Shown here piece by piece: positions 24,471-38,580 of a stretch of 64,000 bases of DNA. The notes under the pieces are model-generated. The model had not been told where the DNA came from. It made no database searches and saw only the letters and a program-made list of their open reading frames with translations. Both the position numbers and the translations under genes were made by a program. Source of the stretch: Octopus sinensis (lineage: Eukaryota); assembly GCF_006345805.1 (NCBI RefSeq), contig NC_042998.1, forward strand, positions 54,064,001-54,128,000. Direction: 5' to 3'. Position 1 is the first letter of the stretch. Each line of letters starts with the position of its first letter.

Positions 24471-24791
24471 ATATATATATGTTTATAATTACTTTGATAT
24501 ATATATGCTTACTTTTATAATATTATTTTTATTTGGCAGAAAGTGACACAAAGGCTCAGAGTTATTTTTGTAAATTTCTCACTATTAAAAAAAAAAAGTA
24601 GATGTATGTATATATATATATTAATTAATAAAGTACACATTTAATAATGTATCCATTTCAACCGATTTTAGGAATCAGTTTTGTACTCACTATTAGTAAG
24701 GTTGTTCAGATCAACTCAAATGAATCTATCTTGATTAATTTACCTATGCTATTGACAAATACACAAGTGCATGATTTTTCTGACTTATGGA

Positions 24792-24835
<44 letters not shown>

Positions 24836-25549
24836 CATACATATATTAACAGTGTGTTGAGCTGGGCCAGAATCATACCAGTTGCTAACATCTTTTTTAT
24901 GATCATACTACAAAGTTAAATTACTAAGTCTACTCTCTTAAGCAATACAGTTGGTCTAATAATGCTTGGGGGCACCTTGCCTTTGTTTTAATTGTTTTTG
25001 AAAATAATGAAATTTGAGTAAAATTATTTTGTCATTATTAACCTGGTGTTTGGAGCATAAACTGACATGAATTTTGAGGGAAGATTTTAATTTAGATCAC
25101 TTTAAAACAGCAAGCTTATATTGTAGAACCAAGGTCAGTCTTGGTATCAAAAGAGTTGAAATTAATCATTGTAACACCTATGTAAAATTTTCTGTTTTGA
25201 TATTAAGTTCAAATGACCGGTAAAGTTTATTTGCCATGGTGATAGTAAGGAAATGACCATGAGTATGTGTACATTTCAGAGTTTATATATGGATTATTGT
25301 ATGTATGTAATAGTGTATCTCAGCTTTAGACTAGGTAGACCCTATCACATGATGTAACATGAAACTAAAAGGGCATCTAGTCATAAAATTTCACCTCAAA
25401 AATGAATCATGAAACTATCATGGGCCCTACATTAATAGGAGAAATGATCCTAAAATATAATTGAGCGTTTGATATATTCTCACCCACCTCCTGCTTTGTT
25501 TTCAATCCTGTGCTGTCTCTGTCACACATTCTTTCATCCCCTTACTATT

Positions 25550-25694
25550 TTAACCCTTTCGTTACCATATTTCTGTTGAAATGCTCTGTGCTTCTTTCAA
25601 TTAATTTCAAATATAAGAAAGAATTTTCAAAATCAAGACATTTGTACAACAGAGCCAGAGGCAGTTTCAGCTGGGTTGATATCAAAAGGGTTAA
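25550..25694. mobile_element. piggyBac-type MITE, family 2 (internally deleted)
   Basis: TTAA-CCCTTTCGTTACC ... GATATCAAAAGGG-TTAA. Confidence 0.75.
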
Positions 25695-26296
25695 TCAGTC
25701 AATGTAACCAAACTATTTAGTTGTTTTAAGTATTGTACTTATCCACATTCCTCTCATCTCCAAAATATTGTAACCTGTTATCTTCTCTTTAATTGCTTTT
25801 CGTGATTGGGTAAGAAATGTATCTAGGTTTCTGACTCTTCTCTTTCATTCAGCTTACATCCTAGGCTTCTCACCACTCTCTCTCTCTCACATCACCCCCA
25901 CTCACTTGGTGATCCTTAAGTCCACCAAAACAACAACTTCAGTTTTTGCCCAAATATTCTAACACTCAGATGAAGTGTCAATGAAGTGAAATGTGATGTT
26001 GTACAATTTTCATGGCAGACAAAGTTTATTAATCTTTTGAACTTTATATTAACTGATTTTATTACTTGATGCAGACTATTCTTAATTCCCATCAACTTCA
26101 AATTTTACCTTATTTTAATATTATCTTAATGAAGTGATATTTTTATGAAGCAATATTTTACTGTTTGAATTCAAAATCTTTTATATTGAGTCTATGGTTG
26201 ATATTTTTTATAGCCTACCAAATTGATTATTAACATTTTTGGCAGCTAAGTGAACTGGTTGATAAAATTTTGGCAGCTCATGACAATATATCTAAA

Positions 26297-26337
<41 letters not shown>

Positions 26338-26665
26338 ATGATGATATATACATACACACACATATTGTCTGCAATTACCCTCTCTTCTATTCACTCTATT
26401 GGTCACATTGTCTGGAATGAAAAGAGGCAATGCAGAACAATGAGGACTCTTTTGTCTAGTTGGTGCTAAGATAATATGTACCCAGTAAATTGTGAGAAGT
26501 GGTTGGTGACAGCAAGGGGACTGAGCCATAGAAATCAAGCTAAATGTGAAATGCGTAAGTGAGATATGCTCCTCTGAACTACGTATGAGGGTAGTAACAG
26601 TTCTTAATAAGAACTGACTTGAACTGTAGAGACTCATCCAACCCATACAGCATTGAATGTATATA

Positions 26666-27219
26666 ATGGGTTATTCAAAAAGAATGAACCGATTTCATTA
26701 CACAATATTTTAATAAGGAAAAGCAATAGAAAACTGTAGCTAAGTCACAAGTATTTACTCGCAATCAACTTTTATTTTTTGTTTTACAAGTGTTCAATGG
26801 GACCACCACAGCACAGGCAACATCAATGTGATAAGAGAATTCCTCCCAGATACATATCAGCATATCAAAATCCACTGATCGAGATCCTCAGACCTCACTG
26901 TGTGATTTTTTGTGGGGTTTTTTTTGTGGGGGATATGTAAAAGTTCACATTTATGTTCCACTGCTACCCATTAACCTCGATAACCTTAAACATCGAATAA
27001 CAACAGCAATCAACTCAGTGAATTGTGATATGCTGATACGTGTCTGGGAGGAATTCTCTTATTGCCCGTGCTGCAGGTGGTGGCTACATTCAACACTTAT
27101 AAGACAGGAAATAAAAGTTGATTGTGAGTAAATAATTGTGATTTACCTGGAGTTTTCTACTGAATTTCATTATTAAAATATTGTGTAATGAAATCGGTTC
27201 ATCTTTTTGAATAACCCTG
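26666..27219. mobile_element. Palindromic Tc1/mariner-derived MITE built from two 3' ends
   Basis: ~200-bp inverted arms beginning gggttattcaaaaaga.tgaaccgatttcattacacaatatttt, TA flanks. The centre encodes a transposase C-terminus: SSDLTVCDF..GYVK..IY..NL..LKHRITTAI..V..DMLIRVWEEF. Confidence 0.85.
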
Positions 27220-27255
27220 TATATATAATGTTGGTGTGTGTATGTGCATGTGTGA

Positions 27256-27303
<48 letters not shown>

Positions 27304-27939
27304 AAGCTATTTGCTTTCTCTAACAGGAGTTTAAAGAAGAATTGCCAGTGAGTTATAGTGATATTTTTAGTGGTTTGAGATCTAGGCCTTGCTTTATGTG
27401 GGCACAGTGTCACTGTAGCAGAAAGAGTGCGCAGCAGAAATGTGAAATGCGCAAGCATATAGAGAAACTGCAGTCAGTTTATCATAGTTATCTACAATGA
27501 AATAGAATTCAGTACTATAAGGTAGGTAGGTAGGTATATCTCATCTACTGTCTCTTTAGAACTTGACCAGATGTTTCAACTCTTATATCTATGGAGAAGT
27601 CTGACTGGATGTAATTACACACACACAGACAGACAGATAGATAGATATGAAGAGGGGCAGGGTTTACTTCACCAGAAAGAGATAGGACAAGGAGGAGAAG
27701 GAAAGAAAAAGATGGAAGAAGAAAAGGAAGCCAAGTGAGTAAATGGTGAGGAAAAAAGAGAGCAAGGAGGATGTATGGAAGAGAAAGGGGTGAAAGCAAA
27801 AGCAAAGGAGACTTGGAACTAAACAAGGGACAAGGCAAATAACTGGCTTTAAGATTCCAAATTTGTGCCACAACAAAGATCATTTTCTTTCTGTTTTTCT
27901 CCTCTTCTCTCAACCCCTTTTCTAAGACGTATCTTTTAA

Positions 27940-28305
27940 CCTTTACTTATTTCAGTCACTGGTCTGTGGCCATGCTTTGCAGGGTTTTAGGCAAATGAAT
28001 CAACCCCAGTACTCGTTTTTTTTTTAAGTCAGGTACTTATACCATTGGTCTTTTTTGCTGAAATGCTAACTTACAGGGATATACACAAAAAATAAACAGC
28101 ACTGGTTGCCAAGTGGTGGCGGTGGTGGTGGAGAGGGCAATGACATACACACAGTTTCCATCAACCAAAACCACTCACAAAGCTTTGGTTGGCCCAGGGC
28201 TATAGGGGGAGACCTTTCCCAATATGCCATGCAGAGAGACTGAATCCAGATCCAGAACTGTGCGGTTGGAAAGCAAACTTCTTACCACATAGCCATGCCT
28301 GTGCC
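27940..28305 (-). mobile_element. SINE family A (diverged)
   Basis: Reverse-complement tail and head motifs of family A. Confidence 0.75.
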
Positions 28306-28307
28306 TT

Positions 28308-28495
<188 letters not shown>

Positions 28496-28654
28496 ATATA
28501 TATACAGGCAAGACCCAAAAGATATAAAAAACAACTTCCAGGAACAATAGTGGTTTATTGGTGCAGAAGTTGTGAACTTTTCTCGTATTGAATTACGATA
28601 AGCTGAAATCCCTAATTCTGTATATATATATATTTATATCTTATATATATAATC

Positions 28655-28865
28655 CTTTCTACTATAGGCACCAGGCCTGACATTTTGGGGGTGAGGCTAG
28701 TTGATGAGATTGACTCCAGTACGCAAATGGTACTTAATTTACTGACACCAAAATTGATGAAAGGCAAAGTTGACCTCAGCGGAATTTGAACTCAAAATGT
28801 GAAGACAGACAAAATGCCACTAGACATTTTGCCCAGCATGCTAATGATTCTGCCAGCTTGCCACC
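28655..28865 (-). mobile_element. SINE family B
   Basis: gatgaaaggcaaagttgacctcagcggaatttgaactc..gattctgccagct. Confidence 0.8.
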
Positions 28866-28868
28866 ATG

Positions 28869-28954
<86 letters not shown>

Positions 28955-30144
28955 ATTATATATATATATAATATATATATATAATGCAAAGAAATAAGGA
29001 TAAGATTCACAAGCAATTACAACTGGTCTTCACTGGAGAAATGAGAGTTGACACATCTGGCTAAGTTGTAAAGAGGAAATAAATTGATTATATCACCTCT
29101 GTTTGGAATACTATGTTCTTTTTTTTTACTGTGAATAACTATGATTAAATCATCAGGATTTGGTTCCTGTATTTAGTAGTTCCTTTCTGTCAAGCGCTCT
29201 TTTAAACATACTGGCATCATGAACAATTTGAGTAACTTAAAATATCATCATACTCAATAAAAAATTCTACTTTAAAATGTGTGTGTGTGCATGTGTGTAT
29301 GTATATATATATACATACATACATACATATATATATATATACACACACATGCACATTTAAATACATAGATATAAATATATGTATGCATATATATATATTA
29401 TATATATATATATATATATGAAATATCTGAAGCAAATGGCTACAATAATTGGTTTTCCTGCCAATAAAAATAAACGGGGATTTTTTTTTTCTCTGGGAGA
29501 ATCCAGAAGCAGTTTAATTTCTACATTCTTAGACAACAGTTTAAATATTGTATAAACATTGTTTCAGAATTTCTTGCAATACAAGGAAGGAATTTATGGA
29601 AAATAAAAAAAAAAAAAATTTAATTTGGAGAAGAGGGGCGTGGAGGAAGCAAAATTATGAGAAAATAACGATGAATAAAGATCACACTTAATAACAGGGA
29701 ATTCTGGAAAATTTCATGTTAATCTTGCTCTGTGCAGTAAGGAACATGTATCCATATATGTTATTTGAATAATATTTTATAGCAGATGACCTAACATTTC
29801 CTCACAGAATCCTGTTAAATTTTATGTTATCCTCACTGCTCCACTGCTACACACAGTTCGTTAGTTATTCAATGAATATCTATTTCTTATTGGCAAGAAG
29901 CTGTTGTGAATAGGATCCATCACTGCATAGAACATTGAGCAGAATTAAGAAACAAGGCAACAGCTTATATAGATGGCTTCACAAACACTGGCTTGGATGA
30001 ATTTTACAGATAGGTTTTCTTTGGTGATTGAGTAAGTGAAACAGTTCCACTGTGCTGCCTTTTTGTTTATAACAGATCGTTAAAATCTGCAGTTACCAGC
30101 AAAATCTCATGCTTCTCCTTGACAAAGGTAATCAATATGGTCTC

Positions 30145-30184
30145 TTATTGGCCGGACTTGTAACGCAGGTAGTGGGTCTCATGG
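30145..30184 (-). CDS. Candidate (terminal) exon of an unidentified host gene
   Basis: Strong acceptor tatttctttttttctctttcag| at 30185-30186, in non-repeat sequence containing CpG. Phase-2 reading gives (S)HETHYLRYKSGQ*. No homology support. Confidence 0.3.
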
Positions 30185-30239
30185 CTGAAAGAGAAAAAAA
30201 GAAATACTTAAAATATTATTTTCTCTTCAATAACAGTGA

Positions 30240-30700
30240 TAATTGGTTTCAAAATTTGGCACAAGGCCAGCAATTTTGGGGGCAGAGGTAAGTCAAGTAC
30301 ATCAACTCCAGTGCACAACTGGTACCTATTTTATCAACCACGAAAGGATGAAAGGCAAAGTCAACTTTGGCAGAATTTGAGCTCAGAATGTAAACACAGC
30401 TAAGAGTTTTGAACAGTGTGATAATGATTCTGTCACCTCACCACCTTAATAATAATGATAATTAAAAGAAACAATTATTTTTTAATGATAACTGGTTCTA
30501 ATATAGGACAACAAATGCAGTGAGCTGGCAGAACTGTTACAACATTAGACAAAATGTTTGGTGGTATTTCTTCTGGTTTTATATTCTGAGTTCAAATGTT
30601 GTCACGGTTGACCCAGTCTTTTTTCTTTAGGGGTTGATAAAATAATTTCCAGCTGAGCACTGAGATTGATGTAACTGACTAAACTCTTTGCATAAAGTAA
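30240..30700. mobile_element. Two SINE-B copies in divergent orientation
   Basis: Minus copy ~30240-30450, plus copy ~30515-30700. Confidence 0.75.
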
Positions 30701-30889
30701 AAAAAAAAAATGGGCACAAGGCTAAAAATTTGTAGGGAGAATTTAGTCAATTATATTAAAGATGGAAACACAAAATTAAGTCACCAAAACTATTTTAAGT
30801 TCTGAGAGATCAAATCTATTATATCCAAATGTCTATTAAATTGAAATATAGCATAATGGGGCTACACTTCTTCTTCTTCTCCTCCGCCG

Positions 30890-32750
30890 CTGCCATCTCA
30901 GTCTGCACAAGTACTCCACCTTAAATTTTTCTGTCATTTCTTTCTCCATCAATTTATCCATTTCCAAAATCCCCAAGTACTTATGGCCTGTCCCTTCTAT
31001 CTGCTTCATAACCTCCCCCAACAGTATCATTAGCCCGTCCATACATTTGATTTTGCCTCTCTTCAAGACTAACACACCACTTTCTCAGTCCGAACCCCAT
31101 TCTGATATCAGCACTAAAGGTGTACACCGTATCAACGAGGGAACTCAATTGGGCTTCATCTTTACCATAAAGTTTGAGGTCATCCATGAATAACAAATGG
31201 TTGACTTTTTGTTGGCAGCTTTTGAATACATACCCAGCTTTTGCTTTCCTCAGAATCAGTGTTAGTGGTATCAAGCACAGTACAAAGACCAGTGGGGACA
31301 GTCAGTCCCCTTGGAAGATGCCCCTCCTGATTTGTACTGTCCCTAAACTTCGTATGCTGTCAGGTCCATCCTCCAATTTGACATACCTTTTCCAAGCAAT
31401 TACTCAACATTCGATGCAATACCAAATAGGGTCATACATTCCATAATCCAAGAATGTGGGATCATATTGTACGCCTTACAATAGTCAATCCGTGACATGG
31501 CTAAGCTACTTTTCCTCCTCTTGCAGTCTCTAAGTACAGTTTTGTCTATTAGGAGTTGATCCTTGGTACCTTTGCACTTACGCTTACAACCCTTCTGCTC
31601 ATGTGGAAGGACTCCAAGTGGCAATCAGGATATCGGCCTGTTGTCTACCGTATTGCCTTTTTTGATGTTTTTCAAGCACAGCACTGCCCTACCCAATGTC
31701 AACCACTCTGGTGTTGATTAGTTGGCATTTAACAAGGTGTTGAGTTGTGCAGCTATTCATGCATGACATTCACCAAATCTTTTGATCCAGTAGACTTGAA
31801 CTCCATCTGGTCCCGGGACCTTCCAGTTGCTCATTTTTTTGCTGATTTCCTTCACTTCCATAACTGGAATGACTAGTTCTGCCTGTTTTGGACAGACTAC
31901 TGTTTGTTTCAGTTCTTGCAACCATTCAGCATCCTTCCTGTGCTCCTTGTCTTTGCTCCAGATGTCACTCCAGAACCTTTGACTTTCATTGTTATCTGGT
32001 ATCAACTTTTCATCTGTAACTCTCCATTTATTTCTTTATAGAATCTCTTCTGATCTACTATGAATAACCTGCTCTGGTGGTAACCCTTCATTCTTTGGTT
32101 GTATCTTACCATCTTTACTTTCTTTGCAACGAGGTGTTGTTGCAGTTCCTCCATTACCACTTTCAGGCCCTTCCTTTCAATATTATACTTCCTTTTCAGT
32201 GCCCTGTATTTTTGTTCACTTTTAAGCTCCATTTTCTCCTTTTGGTCTAACACAGAGATTTCCTTCGAGAACATGTCTAACCCTGCCTATATTCTTCTTT
32301 TCCACTATGGATCTTTTCTTTTGTCATTCCCATTATGTTTCTTTTCCTTGACATCAATACCCACGTTTTCTGCTACAACAATACTTCCTTGCCTTGATCA
32401 AATTATTTGTTTCTGTGATGTTTGTTCTGATGCATTTCAGAATTTCATTGACACTTTTCATTTCTTGGTTCAATTTTCATTGATCAATCTTTTTAAGGTT
32501 GTAAACAATGTCGCTATTGTTCTCCTCTAGTCTTGCCTTTATTCTGTCATAGATTGCCTTTTGTTCATCTGTCATGTTGCCATTAGTTTTACTGTCTTCT
32601 CTTAGATCATCTATATGTCTCTCATCAAGTAAACTACCACTGCTTCTTTCCTGTGCAATGGGATTACTCTTATTAGTAAGAACTGTATTTTCATCGTTAT
32701 CTCTGCTGCTATTTTCTAAGACCCGTCTTTTGATAGACCCATTTTATCAG
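30890..32750 (-). pseudogene. R4/Dong-type LINE reverse transcriptase fragment
   Basis: WKVPGPDGVQ.YWIKRF, EQKGC...[53 protein letters not shown]. Frameshifted. Confidence 0.92.
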
Positions 32751-33123
32751 GGCATGTTCAGCTATCTTTCATTTCAACAAATTTACTGGAGAGCAAGTTG
32801 CTACACAGAGGGATTGAACCTAGGACCATGTGGTTGGGAAGCAAGCTTATTATGACAGATTCTAGTCTATGATCTACTGAAGGAGGAAGAAAAAGAGAAT
32901 GAAGTAAAGGAAGAAGATACAGAAAAAGAATAATAATAGACACATTAATAAATCATGATATATTAAAGTCATGCAACAACAAAAAAAACAATAAAAATGA
33001 TACAAACCCCAAAAAAAACATCCAAAACCCAAGGCCAGGAAATAACTGTAAACAATTTCTAAATACAGATAAAATAATGCAATTAAAGAGATATCTGATT
33101 GTAATCTAGCTTCAGGTCTTTAC

Positions 33124-33168
33124 CTTGTTTACTACATCAGTTTTGTTCACAGTTTTAGATTTCACCAT
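33124..33168 (-). CDS. Candidate alternative first coding exon (MVKSKTVNKTDVVNK)
   Basis: gaaacATGG Kozak-like context, 15 open codons, AAG|GTAAAG donor. The preceding unique sequence is locally CpG-rich. No homology support. Confidence 0.3.
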
Positions 33169-33544
33169 GTTTCATTAACACGACGACAACCATACATGCG
33201 AGTTAAATATCAGAAGATTCAGCAAAGATTTCGTTAATTCTTTTTTAACCTTTATCTTTACGCTGCCTGTTTGCTGCATCCAACCACCCATTCTTCTTGC
33301 GATTTTTCAATTAACAGAAAGAACATGTGCATATTTGATTAACGAGATGCAAAAGCAAGCCATACTTTCATTTTTCTACTATCTATTAGAAATGGCATGT
33401 TGGCCTTTGTTTAAGCACTAAAACTACTGGAACAGATTGAATTATTATTACTATTTTTTCTTTTTTTTTTCAAATCAAACCTGAATGCTTCTTTAGAAGA
33501 TTATTATTACTATTGTTGTTATTGTTATTATTATTCTTATTTAA

Positions 33545-33950
33545 AGCAGAATTGAGCTGGCAGAATTGTTAGCACACTGGGCAAAATGCTTAGCAGTATT
33601 TTGTCTGTCTTCACTTTCTGAGTTCAAATTCTGCTGAGGTTGACTTTGCCTTCCATCTTTTGTGGGGGTCAATGACCATAAGTATCAGTCAAGCACCGAA
33701 GTTGATGTAACTGACTTATCCCCACCCAACAAATTTCAGGCCTTGTTCCTGTTAGTGAGGTGGCAAAATCATTAGCACAGTAGGCAAAATGCTTAGCGGC
33801 ATTTTGTCTGTCTTCACATTCTAAGTTCAAATTTCTGCCAGGGTTGACTTTGCCTTTCATCCCTTTGGGGTTGATAAAACAAGTGCCAGTTGAACACTAG
33901 GGTCGATGTACCTGTCCCCTAAAATTGCTGACCTTCTGCCAAAATTTGAA
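33545..33950 (+). mobile_element. Two tandem SINE-B copies flanked by (ATT)n
   Basis: Repeated ggca.aa..gttagcaca..ggcaaaatgcttagc..gactttgcct body. (ATT)n on both sides. Confidence 0.82.
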
Positions 33951-34052
33951 ATCATCATCATCATCATTATTATTATTATTATTATTATTATAATTATTAT
34001 TATTATTTTTATTATTATTATTATTATTATTATAACTATTATAATTATTATT
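33951..34052. repeat. (ATC)/(ATT)n microsatellite
   Basis: Direct inspection. Confidence 0.9.
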
Positions 34053-35588
34053 GTTTATGTTTTCTTTTTGCACCATCTTGTTTCTAGTTTCATAACACCT
34101 GTACTGCTATATTTTGTTTCCTCTTGACACGCTAAAATAACCAATACATCACATGCAAAACTCCAGAAATGGAACAATACATTCTATCACTTTTGTTTTC
34201 ATTCACACACTTACAAAATTGATTAAATACACGCATACACACACATATATACACACAAGCATCTGCCACCCAACACACAAATTCAAACTCACACACACCA
34301 TTGAAAACTCAAATCCGTCAACAACAAATTGCACTTCTTTTAATCCGAAAATTGAAGCCCCTCATATGCTTTTCTGCTTCCTCTTTAATATTGAGTTATT
34401 CAGAAACAAAATTTATCATGAAAATATTTTTTCGAAATGTACAATATTTTTAAATCGAGGAAAGGATGGGGTAGCATAAACCTAATTTACATTGAAGAAA
34501 AGAAAAGCTATTCCTAATCATGGATGCTATAGTAAAGAGAAAGAATTGATATTAAAGGGGGAAAAAAAAAACATTAAGGAATTCTGTTTCTAAATACATC
34601 AAAGTTAAGGAGTGGGATATTAGTTGCACTAAACAAAATTTTCAGATCACTCAATTGTAACTATTTCAATCTCACTAATGCTGCCACTCCAAAATTATTC
34701 CGATGCCTCAGATTATTTCTAAATTCTTGAAAAGTATTGACTGCACCTAATTTTGGGGTTTGGGGGTAGAAGAAATCTGGAATTCTATGGGATGAAAAAA
34801 AAAACATTGACACTTGAAAGAAAATCTTGAGAAATCAATAACATAGCTCATTGCTAATCAACACACTAAGACAAAAAAAAATTTGAAAAATAAATAAATG
34901 AATGAAATAAAATGATGGGGGCCAATATGTCATGGTACTGATCTGAGCCCTTGATAATGGATTCACTGTGTATTAAGATGAAGCTTAATATGTATGATAA
35001 TTCACCCTTTCAAGTTGAAAACAGGTTCAATAATATGTTGCCTCTGGATGGTCTAAACTTTTACCTTTTGATACCAACTCACCTGATACCACCCCTGTGC
35101 AATGATATAAAGTAATTTTTTTTTAATGGTCTAAAATTAATACCTTCTATAAGAACTTAATATTGAATTGTGTTTGAAACATGAGATTAATAATGGTTTC
35201 AAATTTTGGCACAAGGCCAGCAAGTTCAGGGGTGGGCGTAAGTCAATTGCATTTACCCTAGTGTTTAACTGGTACTTATTTTAGCAAATCCAAAAGGATG
35301 AAAAGCAAAGTCGACTGTGGTGGAATTTGAACTAGGAATGTAAAGATTTAAGGTGGTACTCTAGCATGGCTGCAGTCAAATGACTGAAACATGTAAAAGA
35401 ATAAAAAACAGATGAAATGCTGCCAAGCGGTGTACTGATGACTCTGCCAGCTTGCTGCCTTAAACATGAAATTAACAGCGGCAGTTAGTTTATGAAATGC
35501 TTAATTATTTTTATAATTAATTGCAACAAAAGTTGTATATTTCAATAGTTAACCAGTTTTTCATCAACACAAATAAGAGTCACCATCT

Positions 35589-35824
35589 TATTTCTTTATT
35601 GCTCACAAGGGGCTAAATATAGAGGGGACAAACAAGGACAGACAAAGGGATTAAGTCGATTACAACGACCCCAGTGTATAACTGGTACTTACTTTATCAA
35701 CCTCAAAAAGATGAAAGGCAAAGTCGATCTTGGCGGAATTTGAACTCAGAAAGTAACGGCAGGCAAAATACTACTAAGCATTTCGCCCAGCGTCCTAATG
35801 TTTCTGGCAGCTCACCGCCTTAGT
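35589..35824 (-). mobile_element. SINE family B, long-tail variant, with 13-bp TSD
   Basis: TSD agagtcaccatct at 35576-35588 and 35825-35837. Confidence 0.88.
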
Positions 35825-35861
35825 AGAGTCACCATCTACTAAAAGTAATTCCACTAACATA

Positions 35862-36166
35862 AACGATAAACGTTGTCCTTTTCAATCCTAGCCAGGCTCA
35901 TGGGCCTGGTTTCCTGGTTTCTGTGGCATATGTGTTCCCCCCAGCTGGACAGGACGCCAGCATTACTCAAGAAACAGGAAAAAAGAGTGAGAGAAAGTTG
36001 TGGCAAAAGAGTACAACAGGGGTTGTCACCACCCCCTGCCGGAGCCTCGTGGAGCTTTTAGGTGTTTTTGCTCAATAAACACACACAACACCCGGTCTGG
36101 GAATCGAAACCGCAATCCTCCGGCCACAAGTCCGCTGCCCTAACCACTGGGCCATTGTGCCTCCGA
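35862..36166 (-). mobile_element. tRNA-headed SINE family D with 16-bp TSD
   Basis: Minus-strand head ggaggcacaatggcccagtggttagggcagcggact..ggtttcgattccc (A/B boxes). TSD taattcca(c/t)taacata at 35846-35861 and 36167-36182. Confidence 0.88.
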
Positions 36167-36299
36167 TAATTCCATTAACATATTTCAGTGTATTCCCTGG
36201 TCTATCCACACACACACAGTATAGCCTTTCTCACTAACTTAAAAGAAATATTCACCTTGTGTGAGTGGTAGATTTTTCTTAGATATTTCATACAATGTC

Positions 36300-36785
36300 A
36301 GTGTCATATAACTAGTACATAAAAAGCACCTTCGAACACTGGGCGATATGCTATGCTTAAGAAGACCTGTCGATCTAAGTGAAATCATAGTCATAGCTGA
36401 TGCCAGTGTCATGAAACTGGCACCTGTACTGGTGGCACATAAAAAGCAGCGTTCAAACGTTGGATCTCATAGAGGGAGTGACAAGTGATTGAGACCTTTA
36501 GCAATATACCATGCTGGAGAAGACCTGTCAAGCCAAGTGAGATTGTAGTCATGGCCGATGCTGGTGGTGCATAATTGGCACTCATGCCAGTGGCACGTAA
36601 AAAACACTCATTACATTCTGGGAGTGGTTGGTGTTAGGAAGGGCACCCAGCCATAAAAACCTTGCCAAATTAGGTGGAAACCTGATGCAGCTCCCCAGCT
36701 AACCAGTTTTCAGTCAAACCATCCAATCCATGCTAGCGTGGAAAATGGACATTAAATGTAGATGATGATGATGATGATGATGAAT
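36300..36785 (+). mobile_element. Non-autonomous RTE-related repeat with internal ~150-bp tandem units
   Basis: Repeated ggcac.taaaaagca units, ggagtggttggtgttaggaagggcaccc, (gat)n tail. Confidence 0.8.
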
Positions 36786-37988
36786 GATACTATGGTATTT
36801 TGTTACCTTGCAATGAACAAATCATAGGCTGCTAATTCACCTCTATGCAATGTACATATCCGACAAAAGTGCAGATATCACACTTCTGTCATACAATATG
36901 TTGACTACCTTGAGATCTGCTTATTGGAAACATTAGATGCAAATAGGTGGCTCAACTTATTTATCAGTTGCCTTGAAGCATCTTGCTTCCAACATGATGG
37001 ATGCATCTATTTTTTGCTATTTGTTGCTGATTAATTAATATTACTAGGTAGGACAGAGAAGTGGGTTGAGAAAATAATTATATTCTAGAAGCACACACAT
37101 GCTTGTGTGGTTAAAAAGCTGATGTCTAAACAAGAAGGTTTCAGGTTCTGTCCCACTACATGTATAATTAGAAATACTTATATATGTGAATATATAGGTA
37201 TATATACATGTATATTATGTGTATACATACAAGTATATATATATACATGTGAGTGTGTGGGTGAGTGTACATATACATACATATATATAAGCATATATAT
37301 CATAGTTGTATATATATGCATGGTATCTATAAATGCATACGTGTGTGTTTACATATATATATATATATATATGTATGTATATATGTGTGTGTGTGTGCGT
37401 GTGTGTGACACCATGCCGAGGTATCACTTTAATAAATTTTGGTCAAATGAATTGATCCCAAGACTCATTTTTTAAAATCTCTTACTTATTTAATCAGACT
37501 CATTTGCTGAACTGCCATGTCATGGGGACATAAACACACCAGTGCCTGTTGTGTATGTGTGTACATATGTACTTATGTGTGTGTGTGTGTGTGTGTATAC
37601 ACACAAACATACACACATTTATACATATTCACATATACACACATGCACACTCATATATCCACATACACATAAATACATATATGTATATATATATATATAA
37701 TATACATATGTACAAATACACCCACACACACACACACACATATATCGTTGCTATTATGCAAAAGTGTCTTAAGTCCAAAATATTGCTTTTTCACCATTCC
37801 ATAGCAAATATTGTTGTACTACACTTTGACAATTTTTGATATCTTGGCATCTGAAGCAGCTGGAGATACGATAGTTTGACCAAAAGAATTGGCTACTGCA
37901 AACAAAAATAAATATAAAAAAAAACGCATTTAGCCAAATTTGGACATACAACAGTTTATTTAACATAATAGCAATGATATATACATAC

Positions 37989-38031
<43 letters not shown>

Positions 38032-38193
38032 CATATATACACACACACACAAATATATATATATATAATATACCTGTGTTTGTATGTTTAGAAATGTGGG
38101 TTGGACAGAATTTTATATGGGGCATCTCATCTACAGTCAGATGTCCTTCTTGTTGGCAATCCTTGCCTGTTTGCCTGTACCCAAACAATATTT

Positions 38194-38242
38194 CCTCCTC
38201 CTCCTCCTCATCATCATCATCATCATTATCATCATCATAATA

Positions 38243-38303
<61 letters not shown>

Positions 38304-38580
38304 GATCTATTTTTTTATGCTGGCATAGGCTGGATGGTTTGACAGAGCTGGGGATCTGTACTAGATTCCAGGTTCTGATTTGGCATGGTTTCTATGGCTG
38401 GATGCCCTTCCTAATGCCAACCACTCCAAGAGTGTAAAGGGTGTTTTTTTGTGTGCCACTGGCATGAGTGCCAGTTATGTGACATTGGCATCGGCCATGA
38501 CTACAATTTCACTTGGCTTGACAGGTCTTCTCAAGCACTGAATATAGTCCAACATTCAAAGGGTGCTTTTCACATGCATA
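38194..38580 (-). mobile_element. RTE-related repeat with compound (CCT)(CAT)(AAT) tail
   Basis: Reverse complement of the 36300-36785 family, adjacent to a triplet microsatellite. Confidence 0.75.

Noticed and set aside
25906-25958. 53-nt minus-strand segment ending in a GTGAGT donor (NIWAKTEVVVLVDLRIT)
   Set aside because: The acceptor lacks a polypyrimidine tract; consistent with a chance pseudo-exon.
29140-29165. CTGATGA on the minus strand
   Set aside because: No following stem II or GAAA, so not a hammerhead as it stands.
36090-36166. tRNA-like sequences with A/B boxes (also 54775-54850 and 53480-53554)
   Set aside because: They are SINE heads, continuous with SINE bodies and bounded by TSDs or TSD-like flanks.
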